A stretch of DNA of 64,000 nucleotides from a virus, in IMG/VR virus record IMGVR_UViG_3300044846_002555, positions 64,001-128,000 of that record; one strand, 5' to 3'. The notes under the pieces were generated by a model. That model saw only the letters and a list, made by a program, of their open reading frames with translations. It did no database searches and was not told the origin of the DNA. Below are positions 52,917 through 61,715 of this stretch, piece after piece. Position 1 is the stretch's first letter; each line of letters opens with the position of its first letter. A program made the position numbers and the translations under genes.

Positions 52917-52947
52917 TTTGTAATTTAAAAAATAAGTGTTATCTTTG
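52917..52947 (+). promoter_or_regulatory. Bacteroidota sigma-A consensus promoter
   Basis: TTTG 52917-52920, 19-nt spacer, TATCTTTG 52940-52947. Confidence 0.7.
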
Positions 52948-53022
52948 TCCTCGTTAAAGAAAAGTAAATGGATTTAACGAATTATTTACAAAATTCAAAT
53001 ATTTATATTAAAAACGTTTAAA

Positions 53023-54399
53023 ATGAGACTAACTAACACATTATCAACTTTAATTACAGAACAATCGCGTTTCCAAGTGTTATATGACAAATTGGTGAAA
53101 CCTTCTGACAAGCCAACAAGACCGGGTGAAAAACCTAAAGGTGCGATGGATTTTGAAACATTAAAGGCCATTATACTTGCTGACCCGACTACAATCGTTC
53201 CTGAAGGAATGGACATTGATACAATTTCTTTAGAGGATATGGAAAAAGTTAAAGTTGGGAAATACTCTCAATGGCTACTTAAAAACTTCATAAAACCGGT
53301 ATTTACCGATGAGAAAGCTGGTTTAGAACCGGGAACACCTGAATATAAAAAGGCGGCTCAAGAGTATAGAAGATTATTCTTGGAGGATTTATATAAGGTA
53401 ACTTCTGACTTAAGAAAATACGAAAAAGTTAAACAATACTTACCTCAAGAGGCAAGAGATATTAACAAAGTAACTGCGGCTGAGTTATTCAAATTATTGG
53501 ATGAGTTTGTAATGCCGGAGAAAAAACAAAAAGAATTAGAGAAGAAGGTAGCTAAGAAGACCCGAGAAGGATTTAATCACGCAGGTGGTGAGATTGTATG
53601 GGAAGGTCCAAATTGGACTATGATTAGAATCTCTGATAAAGGTGAGGTAGGGAAAGACGCTGCGGTTTATTACGGTGGATTCCACGAATATGACCAAGGA
53701 GAATCAAGATGGTGTACATCATCACCTGGTTTAACATACTTCAATGGGTATATCAAAGATGGTCCATTATATGTTGTATTCCCTAATGACGATAAAGGTG
53801 AGGTTGGGTTAAAAACCGGTTTACCAAAAGAAAGATATCAATTCCACTTCCCATCTAACCAATATATGGATAGAACGGATAGACAAATTAACTTGGTTGA
53901 ATACTTGAATGGTCCTATGTCGGAACTTAAAGATTTCTTCAAACCTGAATTTGCTAAAGGATTGGTTAAAGCGGGGACAAGTGATGTTGTAGATATTTCT
54001 TATCCTGATAACGCAGCTGGTAAATTCGTTGCATTATATGGTTTTGATGAATTGTTTGAAAGTTTACCTGATACTATTGTTAGATTATTAATCAGTAATA
54101 AATCAAATGAGAATATTGCTTTAGATGTTCCGGAATCAATCGGTAGATTTAAAAACTTACAAGCGTTAAAATTAGAGAAAATTTGTAGAACTATTCCAAG
54201 TTCAGTTTGTGAATTAAAAGAATTGAATTTCTTGGCTCTACCAAATAACAAAGATTTAAAATCTTTACCTGAATGTTTAATCAACTTAACTGATTTAGCG
54301 TTTATCAATTTAAAAGATAGTAACCCAAATGTTGAAATCCCACCAAAATTAAAGGAGAGATTGACAGACGAAGGAATGGGATTCTATTATTTTGACTAG
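53023..54399 (+). CDS. protein with WCT-motif domain and C-terminal leucine-rich repeats
   Basis: SRWCTSS...GPLYV...YQFHF; LRRs VPESIGRFKNLQALKL / IPSSVCELKELNFLAL / LPECLINLTDLAFINL; leader LSTLITEQ. Confidence 0.65.
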   Translation: MRLTNTLSTLITEQSRFQVLYDKLVKPSDKPTRPGEKPKGAMDFETLKAIILADPTTIVPEGMDIDTISLEDMEKVKVGKYSQWLLKNFIKPVFTDEKAGLEPGTPEYKKAAQEYRRLFLEDLYKVTSDLRKYEKVKQYLPQEARDINKVTAAELFKLLDEFVMPEKKQKELEKKVAKKTREGFNHAGGEIVWEGPNWTMIRISDKGEVGKDAAVYYGGFHEYDQGESRWCTSSPGLTYFNGYIKDGPLYVVFPNDDKGEVGLKTGLPKERYQFHFPSNQYMDRTDRQINLVEYLNGPMSELKDFFKPEFAKGLVKAGTSDVVDISYPDNAAGKFVALYGFDELFESLPDTIVRLLISNKSNENIALDVPESIGRFKNLQALKLEKICRTIPSSVCELKELNFLALPNNKDLKSLPECLINLTDLAFINLKDSNPNVEIPPKLKERLTDEGMGFYYFD

Positions 54400-54424
54400 T
54401 ATTAATATTTAAACACCATACAAA

Positions 54425-54715
54425 ATGAAAAATGTTGACGTTGAAATCTACATTAATCAATTTAAAACTTTCTTTAACAACAACCCCAACGACTTAATTC
54501 AGTTGATTGGGGATGTTTTAAAGGACGACTTCTACGACAGAGTAAAACAACAATCATTAGATAATTTTGAGAACGGAGAGGACGTTTCCTTAACTCAAAA
54601 ACAAATCATCTCTATTGTTGTGTCACTTAAACAATCTCAAAACGATGAGGTTGATATGGATAAGATTAAGTCCATAATTTATCACACAGAATTTGCTCAC
54701 TTTTCTCTTAACTAA
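54425..54715 (+). CDS. hypothetical protein
   Basis: 96-aa ORF. Confidence 0.55.
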   Translation: MKNVDVEIYINQFKTFFNNNPNDLIQLIGDVLKDDFYDRVKQQSLDNFENGEDVSLTQKQIISIVVSLKQSQNDEVDMDKIKSIIYHTEFAHFSLN

Positions 54716-54747
54716 TTTGTATAATTAAACTTATTGTACTATCTTTG
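54716..54747 (+). promoter_or_regulatory. Bacteroidota sigma-A consensus promoter
   Basis: TTTG 54716-54719, 20-nt spacer, TATCTTTG 54740-54747. Confidence 0.7.
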
Positions 54748-54765
54748 TACAATTAATTGTATGTT

Positions 54766-56502
54766 ATGAGAGAAGAACTATTTAATCTTACTAGAAAAGA
54801 ATATCGGGTACACGAACACTCCGACACAAATAGTGTTATCTATAAAAAAAACGAGAAAGAAATAGATATTTTTGGAGGTAGTGTAACTGAATTTCGTAGT
54901 AGTGCTCCTTGGGGACATTTTAGTTTTAAAACTGAACATACTTCTGAAGAAAAGTTTACCGAACATTACGGGAATCCGTTGGCGACTGTTGATATGACAA
55001 GAAGGATAATGTGTATTACCAAAGAGGGTGATAAGATTACCTTTAAAATGTTTTGGTACAACAGACGAAGAAGAGTTGCGTCAAAATGGTTTAAGACTAG
55101 TACTCAATGTAAATTCGTTACCTTCAATTATAAAACCAATGCGTTGTATACTGGTTCATTGGATAACTACCATTTGAAAAGAAATTGTCGTAAAAGAATT
55201 AGAAGAGTTTTATTCAATAGTGACCCAATAAATAAAATTAGACATTGGGTTAGAGATAGTTTTAGTTCGGAAGATAAAAAAACAATAGATGTACCAACGA
55301 TTGTAAATCAAGTGGTGTCGGTCTTTGTTAACTCCATTCCCGGAACTGAAAAATATCCTGAATTATTACCGGAACAAAAAATATACAGACGTTATTTGGA
55401 CGCTCAAGGTGTTAAGTATCCGAACAATTGGTTTGAACTTATTGACGCATATCCTCAACCAAAGAAAAAAGATTTGGTTAAGTGTGATTACAAGTATGTT
55501 GATGCTTTAATGAGAGCTCATAACTTAAAGGGTGATAAAATTAAAAAATCATTACATACTATTAATAGGTTTGTTGATGCAAATCATTTCAATACAACTT
55601 GTAAGATTTTTGGTGAGAAATTTATATTAAATCAACCTGATGAGGTGATTAATCTTTTTTTAAGCACGTGGGATATAACTATTTTATCTGAAAATGTTAT
55701 ACGTATGTCAGGTTTAACCAAATCTGAAAAATTAAACTTTTTTGAAATTTATAAATTATATTATAAAAAGTTAATTAATTACCATACTATTTCTGACCAC
55801 ATTAGATTTTATGGGTTATTAAAAAATTTAGAACCGGTTAAATGGAAATCAAAAACTCACGATGAATTTACTCAAGAACATTACGATTGGTCTGAAAAAT
55901 ATAATTATTATACCAATGGTGACTTTACACGAATTTACAATCCAACTTTTGTTGAGAAAATAAATGAGGTAATATTAACCAAAGATGGGCCGTACTATCC
56001 TGAAGTATTGTTAACATCCAAACGATATAACAATGAGTCGTTCTTCCAGTCTAATTGTGTAAAGACATATGTTAAACGAATAGATTCTCTATTAATCTCT
56101 ATGAGACGAGGTCAAGGTGAAACTGAAGAGAGAGCGTCAATCGAGTATCGTATTAATTTAAATCTAAAACATAATACTTTTGATTTAGAGAGAGTTCAAA
56201 CTTTGGGTAAACGTAACGAAAGATTAGACAATAGTTGGACAGACGCTTTGGTTAAATTGGATAGTAGAGTATTTGAATATGAAGATTTATTCGATACTTT
56301 ACAGATTGAAGGTGATTTTGGTAACAGAAAAGTATTTTCTGATTGGGGGACTAAAGAAGTTGTAAGATATTCTGTAACTAAAACCGGAAAAGACATCACT
56401 GAACAACAATTATGTTGGAAAAACGATTCAATTATGAAATTAAATTCATATAATTATAACATCGTCGAGGTTCGAGCATGGGACGATGAACTAGGATTTT
56501 AA
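54766..56502 (+). CDS. PcfJ-like domain protein
   Basis: C-terminal ES..QSNCVKTYV...SMR..ASIEY...VQTLGKRN pattern; start set at MREELF. Confidence 0.55.
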   Translation: MREELFNLTRKEYRVHEHSDTNSVIYKKNEKEIDIFGGSVTEFRSSAPWGHFSFKTEHTSEEKFTEHYGNPLATVDMTRRIMCITKEGDKITFKMFWYNRRRRVASKWFKTSTQCKFVTFNYKTNALYTGSLDNYHLKRNCRKRIRRVLFNSDPINKIRHWVRDSFSSEDKKTIDVPTIVNQVVSVFVNSIPGTEKYPELLPEQKIYRRYLDAQGVKYPNNWFELIDAYPQPKKKDLVKCDYKYVDALMRAHNLKGDKIKKSLHTINRFVDANHFNTTCKIFGEKFILNQPDEVINLFLSTWDITILSENVIRMSGLTKSEKLNFFEIYKLYYKKLINYHTISDHIRFYGLLKNLEPVKWKSKTHDEFTQEHYDWSEKYNYYTNGDFTRIYNPTFVEKINEVILTKDGPYYPEVLLTSKRYNNESFFQSNCVKTYVKRIDSLLISMRRGQGETEERASIEYRINLNLKHNTFDLERVQTLGKRNERLDNSWTDALVKLDSRVFEYEDLFDTLQIEGDFGNRKVFSDWGTKEVVRYSVTKTGKDITEQQLCWKNDSIMKLNSYNYNIVEVRAWDDELGF

Positions 56503-56503
56503 T

Positions 56504-56824
56504 ATGAAAGAAATACCACAACATTGTATTGATACCTTCAAGGAAAGGTTCGGAGCACATCCTAGTATTGTTGAGTTAACACCTACAATGTCTAGTGAAG
56601 ACACAGATAAGTTTTTAAGTAAAGCTCATTTGTTATGGTTTGAAAATTTTGTGAATGATGAATATAAGATTGTTCCTATGGACAGATTATATGAATATGA
56701 CTCTAGTGGTATTTTAATACTCCGAAAGTCACATACCAAGATATTTATTTTAACAAAGGTGGATAAACAAAATGTGGTAGATTTTATATTACTACAATTA
56801 AAAAGATTAACAAAAAAAGATTAA
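56504..56824 (+). CDS. hypothetical protein
   Basis: 106-aa ORF. Confidence 0.5.
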   Translation: MKEIPQHCIDTFKERFGAHPSIVELTPTMSSEDTDKFLSKAHLLWFENFVNDEYKIVPMDRLYEYDSSGILILRKSHTKIFILTKVDKQNVVDFILLQLKRLTKKD

Positions 56825-56827
56825 AAA

Positions 56828-57151
56828 ATGGAAATTACACAAGAATTATTACAAGAAAAAATTAACAATGGTGAAAAATTAGTAGTTGACTTTTGGGCTC
56901 CATGGTGTGGGCCTTGTAAAGTTATGAAACCGGCTTTTGAAAAAGTTTCTGAAGAATTTAGAAACGAAAACTCTGAAGTTCAATTGTTCACCTTAAATGT
57001 TGAAGAAAATAAAGAATTTGCTGCATCATTAGGTATTAGAGCAATCCCTACGGTTAAATCATTTTCAGATGGTAAAGAAGTTTATTCTCAACCGGGAATG
57101 CAAATGGAAAGTCAAATTAAACAATTAGTGACTAACCTAATCAATGGATAA
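56828..57151 (+). CDS. trxA: thioredoxin
   Basis: VVDFWAPWCGPCK, GIRAIPT. Confidence 0.95.
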   Translation: MEITQELLQEKINNGEKLVVDFWAPWCGPCKVMKPAFEKVSEEFRNENSEVQLFTLNVEENKEFAASLGIRAIPTVKSFSDGKEVYSQPGMQMESQIKQLVTNLING

Positions 57152-57428
57152 GTTATTAATTCTTTTCACTATGAAAGGTTGTCCTTATTGTGATATGATG
57201 AAGGAACAACTTATTAAAAATGATATTGGATTTGTTATAAGAGATATTGATGAACATAAAGATGAATATGATATGTTTGTCGAAGTAACTGAAAACGAAT
57301 TTGTCCCAGCTTTTATGATTGTTGAATCTCCGGATGAATCACCTAAAAGTTATTTATACGCACCTGAAAGAGATTTTGATGAAATTGATGAAGGTGTTGA
57401 AATAATTAAAGAACATTTTAAAAAATAA
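57144..57428 (+). CDS. glutaredoxin/NrdH-like redoxin
   Basis: FTMKGCPYC, cis-Pro motif FVP. Confidence 0.8.
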   Translation: MDKLLILFTMKGCPYCDMMKEQLIKNDIGFVIRDIDEHKDEYDMFVEVTENEFVPAFMIVESPDESPKSYLYAPERDFDEIDEGVEIIKEHFKK

Positions 57429-57454
57429 AAAAATCCCCTTAATTGGGGATTTTC
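57427..57454. terminator. bidirectional intrinsic terminator
   Basis: aaaatcccc / ggggatttt inverted repeat between convergent genes. Confidence 0.8.
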
Positions 57455-57457
57455 TAT

Positions 57458-58282
57458 TTAGAATAGTATAAGGTCTTTTATTTTATCTTTAATTAACCAA
57501 GGTTTGATATCTAAGGGTTTTAGTAAGTCATCCAAAATATTATAATCTTTAATGGTGTTATTAAATTTTAACATATCAAAATCAAATACATCCAAAATCA
57601 TTGAGGTAATATTTTTTGTCGGGTGTATGCTATTAGAAACTATCTTGATGTTATAATCCTCTGTTTCATCAAGAACTACCGAAGAGTATTCAAATGTTAT
57701 TTGATTTGTTAATAGGGTATCAAATAATTGATTACAAATATATTCTGAATAGTATAATTCTTGTCTTCCCATACTCAAACTATACCCGTGAGGAAATTCC
57801 GAAGATATATTCAATGGTGAATAGGTGTAGAAACTTAAATTAGAAGTGTTGTCTTCAGAATAATCTAATTCATATTCCATTCTGTTGGTGTAGGAGATGG
57901 TATTATATTTTGGTTGAATTGGGTCGTTGATTGCATCAATAATTGACTGATGATATATTGGTCTTGATGAGTTGTAAAAGTCAAACATGTGATAAAACTT
58001 TTTAACCAACTCTTGTTCATACATTATTAAATCAATAATGTTAATGTGTGAGTAACCAAAATCGGTTAATAGTGTTTCGTATTCACTTACAAAGTTATCT
58101 TTAACTTGGACCATGTCCAAAATTTTGGAAGATGAGGTCATTCCGTTAACCACCAAAAATTTACCACAATCGGTAACTTCAATAACAACATCGTGTTGAT
58201 TGGTTTTGTTTATCTCTTTTACTAAAAAGTCCGAGAATAGATTTACAATCCCTTTGTTTGATTTTTCATTAAAGTATTTCAT
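57458..58282 (-). CDS. hypothetical protein, N-terminus resembles degenerate S-adenosylmethionine synthetase
   Basis: SDFLVKEI...VVIEV..CG.FLVVNG.TS....D......V...GY spacing matches the MetK N-domain; GHPDK absent. Confidence 0.35.
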   Translation of the reverse strand: MKYFNEKSNKGIVNLFSDFLVKEINKTNQHDVVIEVTDCGKFLVVNGMTSSSKILDMVQVKDNFVSEYETLLTDFGYSHINIIDLIMYEQELVKKFYHMFDFYNSSRPIYHQSIIDAINDPIQPKYNTISYTNRMEYELDYSEDNTSNLSFYTYSPLNISSEFPHGYSLSMGRQELYYSEYICNQLFDTLLTNQITFEYSSVVLDETEDYNIKIVSNSIHPTKNITSMILDVFDFDMLKFNNTIKDYNILDDLLKPLDIKPWLIKDKIKDLILF

Positions 58283-58330
58283 ATTTTTAAATTATACGAA
58301 ATGATATGTAAAATAAAATTAATTATAAAT

Positions 58331-58360
58331 AAAAAAGGGACAAAAAGTCCCTTTATTTTT
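58331..58360. terminator. intrinsic terminator
   Basis: aaagggac / gtcccttt stem with flanking A/T runs, downstream of the minus-strand 52-aa gene. Confidence 0.75.
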
Positions 58361-58374
58361 TTAAACACAAAATA

Positions 58375-58533
58375 TTATTTTTTAGTGTAATATCTCTCAA
58401 CAACTTTACGGATAGATTCTTGTATTGGCTGAGTTTTTGGAGCTTGAGCCTGAACCTGCTGTAGAGTTTGAGATTGACTTGATTGTTGTGTCGTTTGTGT
58501 TTGTTGTGCTTTGTTTTTACATCCGCAACCCAT
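58375..58533 (-). CDS. small MGCGCK Gln-rich protein (52 aa, absent from ORF track)
   Basis: MGCGCKNKAQQTQTTQQSSQSQTLQQVQAQAPKTQPIQESIRKVVERYYTKK*; own TATTTAT (58562-58568) and terminator. Confidence 0.7.
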   Translation of the reverse strand: MGCGCKNKAQQTQTTQQSSQSQTLQQVQAQAPKTQPIQESIRKVVERYYTKK

Positions 58534-58624
58534 GATTATTTTTATTTAAACGTTTATAACCATAAATATCATATATAATGATAATATGTAAATATATTTT
58601 ATATCTTTGTGTATATTTATTGAT

Positions 58625-59989
58625 ATGAGTGGTAAAATAATTTTAACGAATAAAGATTTACATCAGATTGTAAAACAAATCAAAGAACAAGTTGAGGGTG
58701 ATTATTATAAGATATCGCCTGAAGAATATATACAATTAATGTCTTTAGGTAGTTATCACGGAAAAGCGATAACTAAAATGAGAAAGTTTCAAGGTAAACC
58801 ATTATGGATAACCGGGGACTTAAATCTATCTAGTACTCCAACAGATAGTTTAGGTAATGTCGGTTATGTTGATGGAAGTTTAAATATCTCATATACTAAA
58901 GTGTCTAGCATAGAAGGAACTAATGTTAAAGGGTGGGTTGCTGATTCTAATTCACCTCGTGAAAGAATTAGAGAGAAACAAGAACTCAATGCTAAATTAG
59001 CTCAACAGGATATACTTCGTGATAATAATGAATGGGATTTTAAAAATGGTGATGAGACCGGAGAAAAGGCTCAAGCGTTATTTGAAAATTTAATTAATAA
59101 TGGTGAGATTGACCTGTTATCCGACGAGGACAAAGAAAAATTAACAATTTTGAGACGTAAACTTCAAGATTTGGAACAAGAGTATGAGGGGCTTGATGAT
59201 AATGATGATAGAGCATATGAAGTTCAAGAAGCTATTGATGAAACTCAATCGGAAATTGATGAGTTAGAAGAAAATGATGCGGATGTTTATATGATGTATC
59301 CACAACCAAGATATACTCATTATGGGTTAACACAATTTGAGGTTTTAATACCTGGTTTCAAAAATAATGAATATACTGTTGGAACTGAAGAAGAGATGGA
59401 TGATGCGGCATTACAATATGCTAAAAATTATGTTGATGATGTGGGGGCGGATGGATTTAATGAATCATTTATTGAAGATTATTTAGATGTTGATGCTATT
59501 GTTAATATGGCTGAAGAGGATTATGATTATCAAGTTAGAGATTATCCTGATAGTTATTTCAGTGATAGTGATTATGAGTTGACCTATGAACAAGAACAAA
59601 GAATAGAACAACTTGAATCTCAAATAGAAGATTTAGAACAACAAAAACTTGAATTGGATTCAGATGACGAAAATTATTATGACTACGAAGAGGATTTAGA
59701 TAATCAAATTGAAGCTCTTCAAGAAGAGTTAGATAGTATTGAAGTTGATACCGAACCAACTGAAGAAATGATTGAGAATAAAGTTAATGAATTAGTCAGA
59801 GACGTAAGAAGAGACCCGTTAGATTATCTTAAAAACTATGGTTTAGATATTAAAGAATATATTGATGAAGATGCTTTAGCTCAAGGGTTAGTTGATTCTG
59901 ATGGTTGGGGTGTTATGAATAGTTATGACGGTCAATACGATAGTGAAGAAGTTAATGGTGTGACATATTATATAATGAGAACTAACTAA
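58625..59989 (+). CDS. highly acidic protein with short GxLxL repeats and coiled coils
   Basis: Leader ILTNKDLHQIVKQIKEQ; GDLNLSST..DGSLNISYT; C-terminal two-thirds dominated by D/E; TATTTAT 4 nt before the ATG. Confidence 0.65.
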   Translation: MSGKIILTNKDLHQIVKQIKEQVEGDYYKISPEEYIQLMSLGSYHGKAITKMRKFQGKPLWITGDLNLSSTPTDSLGNVGYVDGSLNISYTKVSSIEGTNVKGWVADSNSPRERIREKQELNAKLAQQDILRDNNEWDFKNGDETGEKAQALFENLINNGEIDLLSDEDKEKLTILRRKLQDLEQEYEGLDDNDDRAYEVQEAIDETQSEIDELEENDADVYMMYPQPRYTHYGLTQFEVLIPGFKNNEYTVGTEEEMDDAALQYAKNYVDDVGADGFNESFIEDYLDVDAIVNMAEEDYDYQVRDYPDSYFSDSDYELTYEQEQRIEQLESQIEDLEQQKLELDSDDENYYDYEEDLDNQIEALQEELDSIEVDTEPTEEMIENKVNELVRDVRRDPLDYLKNYGLDIKEYIDEDALAQGLVDSDGWGVMNSYDGQYDSEEVNGVTYYIMRTN

Positions 59990-60037
59990 AACTATTCCTT
60001 TTTCCAATCTTTTCCCGTATATTTTAAATAATAGAAT

Positions 60038-60805
60038 ATGGAAATGAAACAGAAAAATAAGAATAGATTCATAATGGACACCGATTGGTTATTTGACGGT
60101 ATTTTAGATGCCGAACAAAAACAATATGTGTTATTAGATTACTTCCAAAAGATGAACAAACATCTTGAAAGAATGGAAGTATACCCAATGTTCATAGAAC
60201 TTTCATTACATTTGGGAAATATACAAACATTACTTACTCAAAATAAAATCTTATACGTAGATAGAAAATTAACATCCAATGACGATGAACTAGTGTTATC
60301 CGATTTGAAGGTTAAAGACATCCCCATTTTAGATGATGAGGAAGTAATTGAATATCATAAAATATTGAAAAATAGTCAACCACAACTACACGACTATTTT
60401 AATTTTGCAAAATCAATATGGAGTATTGTTTATGACTCTATAGAGGTTGTTGTGAAAAAAAACAAAAACAATCTACAAAGTAAATCCGGATTCTTTTATT
60501 ACAAGCAACCCGATAATTTATACATTTGGCAATACACTACAAGAAAAGTGTATAAGACCAAAGGACAAACAAAAACCTCTCTAAAATTAATTTTTAAAGG
60601 ACAACAGGATAGTTTGACAATCCCGGAAATTATCTCTACATTTTCTAAAACCTATGAAAAAAACAATGAAGTTGATTATCCAATTTTTGAAGTATTTTGT
60701 AGTGATGTGTTTCCATTAGAACAAACATTGGTACCAATTTTTAAAAGAAAAATATTATCATATATTAATCAAAGCGTTAAAATAACAAGAAAATTATTAT
60801 CATAA
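60038..60805 (+). CDS. hypothetical protein
   Basis: 255-aa ORF. Confidence 0.55.
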   Translation: MEMKQKNKNRFIMDTDWLFDGILDAEQKQYVLLDYFQKMNKHLERMEVYPMFIELSLHLGNIQTLLTQNKILYVDRKLTSNDDELVLSDLKVKDIPILDDEEVIEYHKILKNSQPQLHDYFNFAKSIWSIVYDSIEVVVKKNKNNLQSKSGFFYYKQPDNLYIWQYTTRKVYKTKGQTKTSLKLIFKGQQDSLTIPEIISTFSKTYEKNNEVDYPIFEVFCSDVFPLEQTLVPIFKRKILSYINQSVKITRKLLS

Positions 60806-60987
60806 TGGACAAAAGACAGATTAAATCGTTAATGGATAAGTTAAGACAACCAATCCATATTAATTATATCTCCAAATACATCCTTAAAAAAGATATAGAT
60901 GAGACAAAACAACAATTAGATATTTTAATATCTGAAGGTTATATTAAAGAAAGTAAATTAAGTCAAGGATATTATGTGGCTGTCTAA
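60805..60987 (+). CDS. small winged-helix-like protein
   Basis: PIHINYISKYIL...LDILISEGYIKES..GYYV pattern. Confidence 0.4.
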   Translation: MDKRQIKSLMDKLRQPIHINYISKYILKKDIDETKQQLDILISEGYIKESKLSQGYYVAV

Positions 60988-61195
60988 AAAAACATATAAC
61001 ATTGGTTATCGTTGTAGTCAGACCGTGATTAAGTTTTTTAAGTACTCAATTTTATATAGTACGTCACCGTCCGGATGGTCTATAAGGTTTAATAATGGGA
61101 TTGGTGTTAATGTTACAACAAAACCTTTATTCTCGGTTAGAAATGGCTATAAAAAAAGCATTAAATTAGGAAAATATTATATAGTAAAATTATGA
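60974..61195 (+). CDS. hypothetical protein
   Basis: 73-aa ORF overlapping neighbours. Confidence 0.4.
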   Translation: MWLSKKTYNIGYRCSQTVIKFFKYSILYSTSPSGWSIRFNNGIGVNVTTKPLFSVRNGYKKSIKLGKYYIVKL

Positions 61196-61428
61196 GTGAA
61201 AACAAAGAAATGGTAAACCACCCGGAACATTACGGTGGTCAGGACAATCCATATGAGGTTGTAAAAGTTTGTGAAGCTTGGGGTCTTGATAAAGACGCTT
61301 ATATCTTCAATGTTGTGAAATATGTTGCAAGAGCAGGTAAGAAAGACACGGATAAAGAACTTCAGGATATGAAGAAAGCGTTGTGGTATTTGAATCGTAA
61401 AATTGAACGTCTTGAGAGTAACAGTTGA
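61192..61428 (+). CDS. DUF3310 family protein
   Basis: VNHPEHYG..NVVKYVARAGKK..QDMKKALWYL. Confidence 0.85.
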   Translation: MSENKEMVNHPEHYGGQDNPYEVVKVCEAWGLDKDAYIFNVVKYVARAGKKDTDKELQDMKKALWYLNRKIERLESNS

Positions 61429-61714
61429 TATTGATGAATACGCGGAAGGCGCGGTTCTATTGGATGGATTAGAAAGTGCAATCGTTGGGATTGTAGAGGA
61501 CTTTGGTTCTCCGGGAAGAAAGATGTTATATTCAAAACAAAGAATATTAGACATTCTACAAGAGAGAGACCTAATGACCATGGGTGAGGCTGAAGAGTTT
61601 TACGACTATAATATATTAGGATTACACGCTAGTGACCAAAACGCAGTGTTTTTAGATTTAGAAATAACACCAATAAAAAAAGAAGATGGTTGGGAATACC
61701 AATTAAAAGAATAA
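61403..61714 (+). CDS. conserved phage hypothetical protein
   Basis: DGLESAIVG..YSK..M..EAEEFYDYNILG pattern common in phage proteins. Confidence 0.55.
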   Translation: MNVLRVTVDIDEYAEGAVLLDGLESAIVGIVEDFGSPGRKMLYSKQRILDILQERDLMTMGEAEEFYDYNILGLHASDQNAVFLDLEITPIKKEDGWEYQLKE

Positions 61715-61715
61715 T

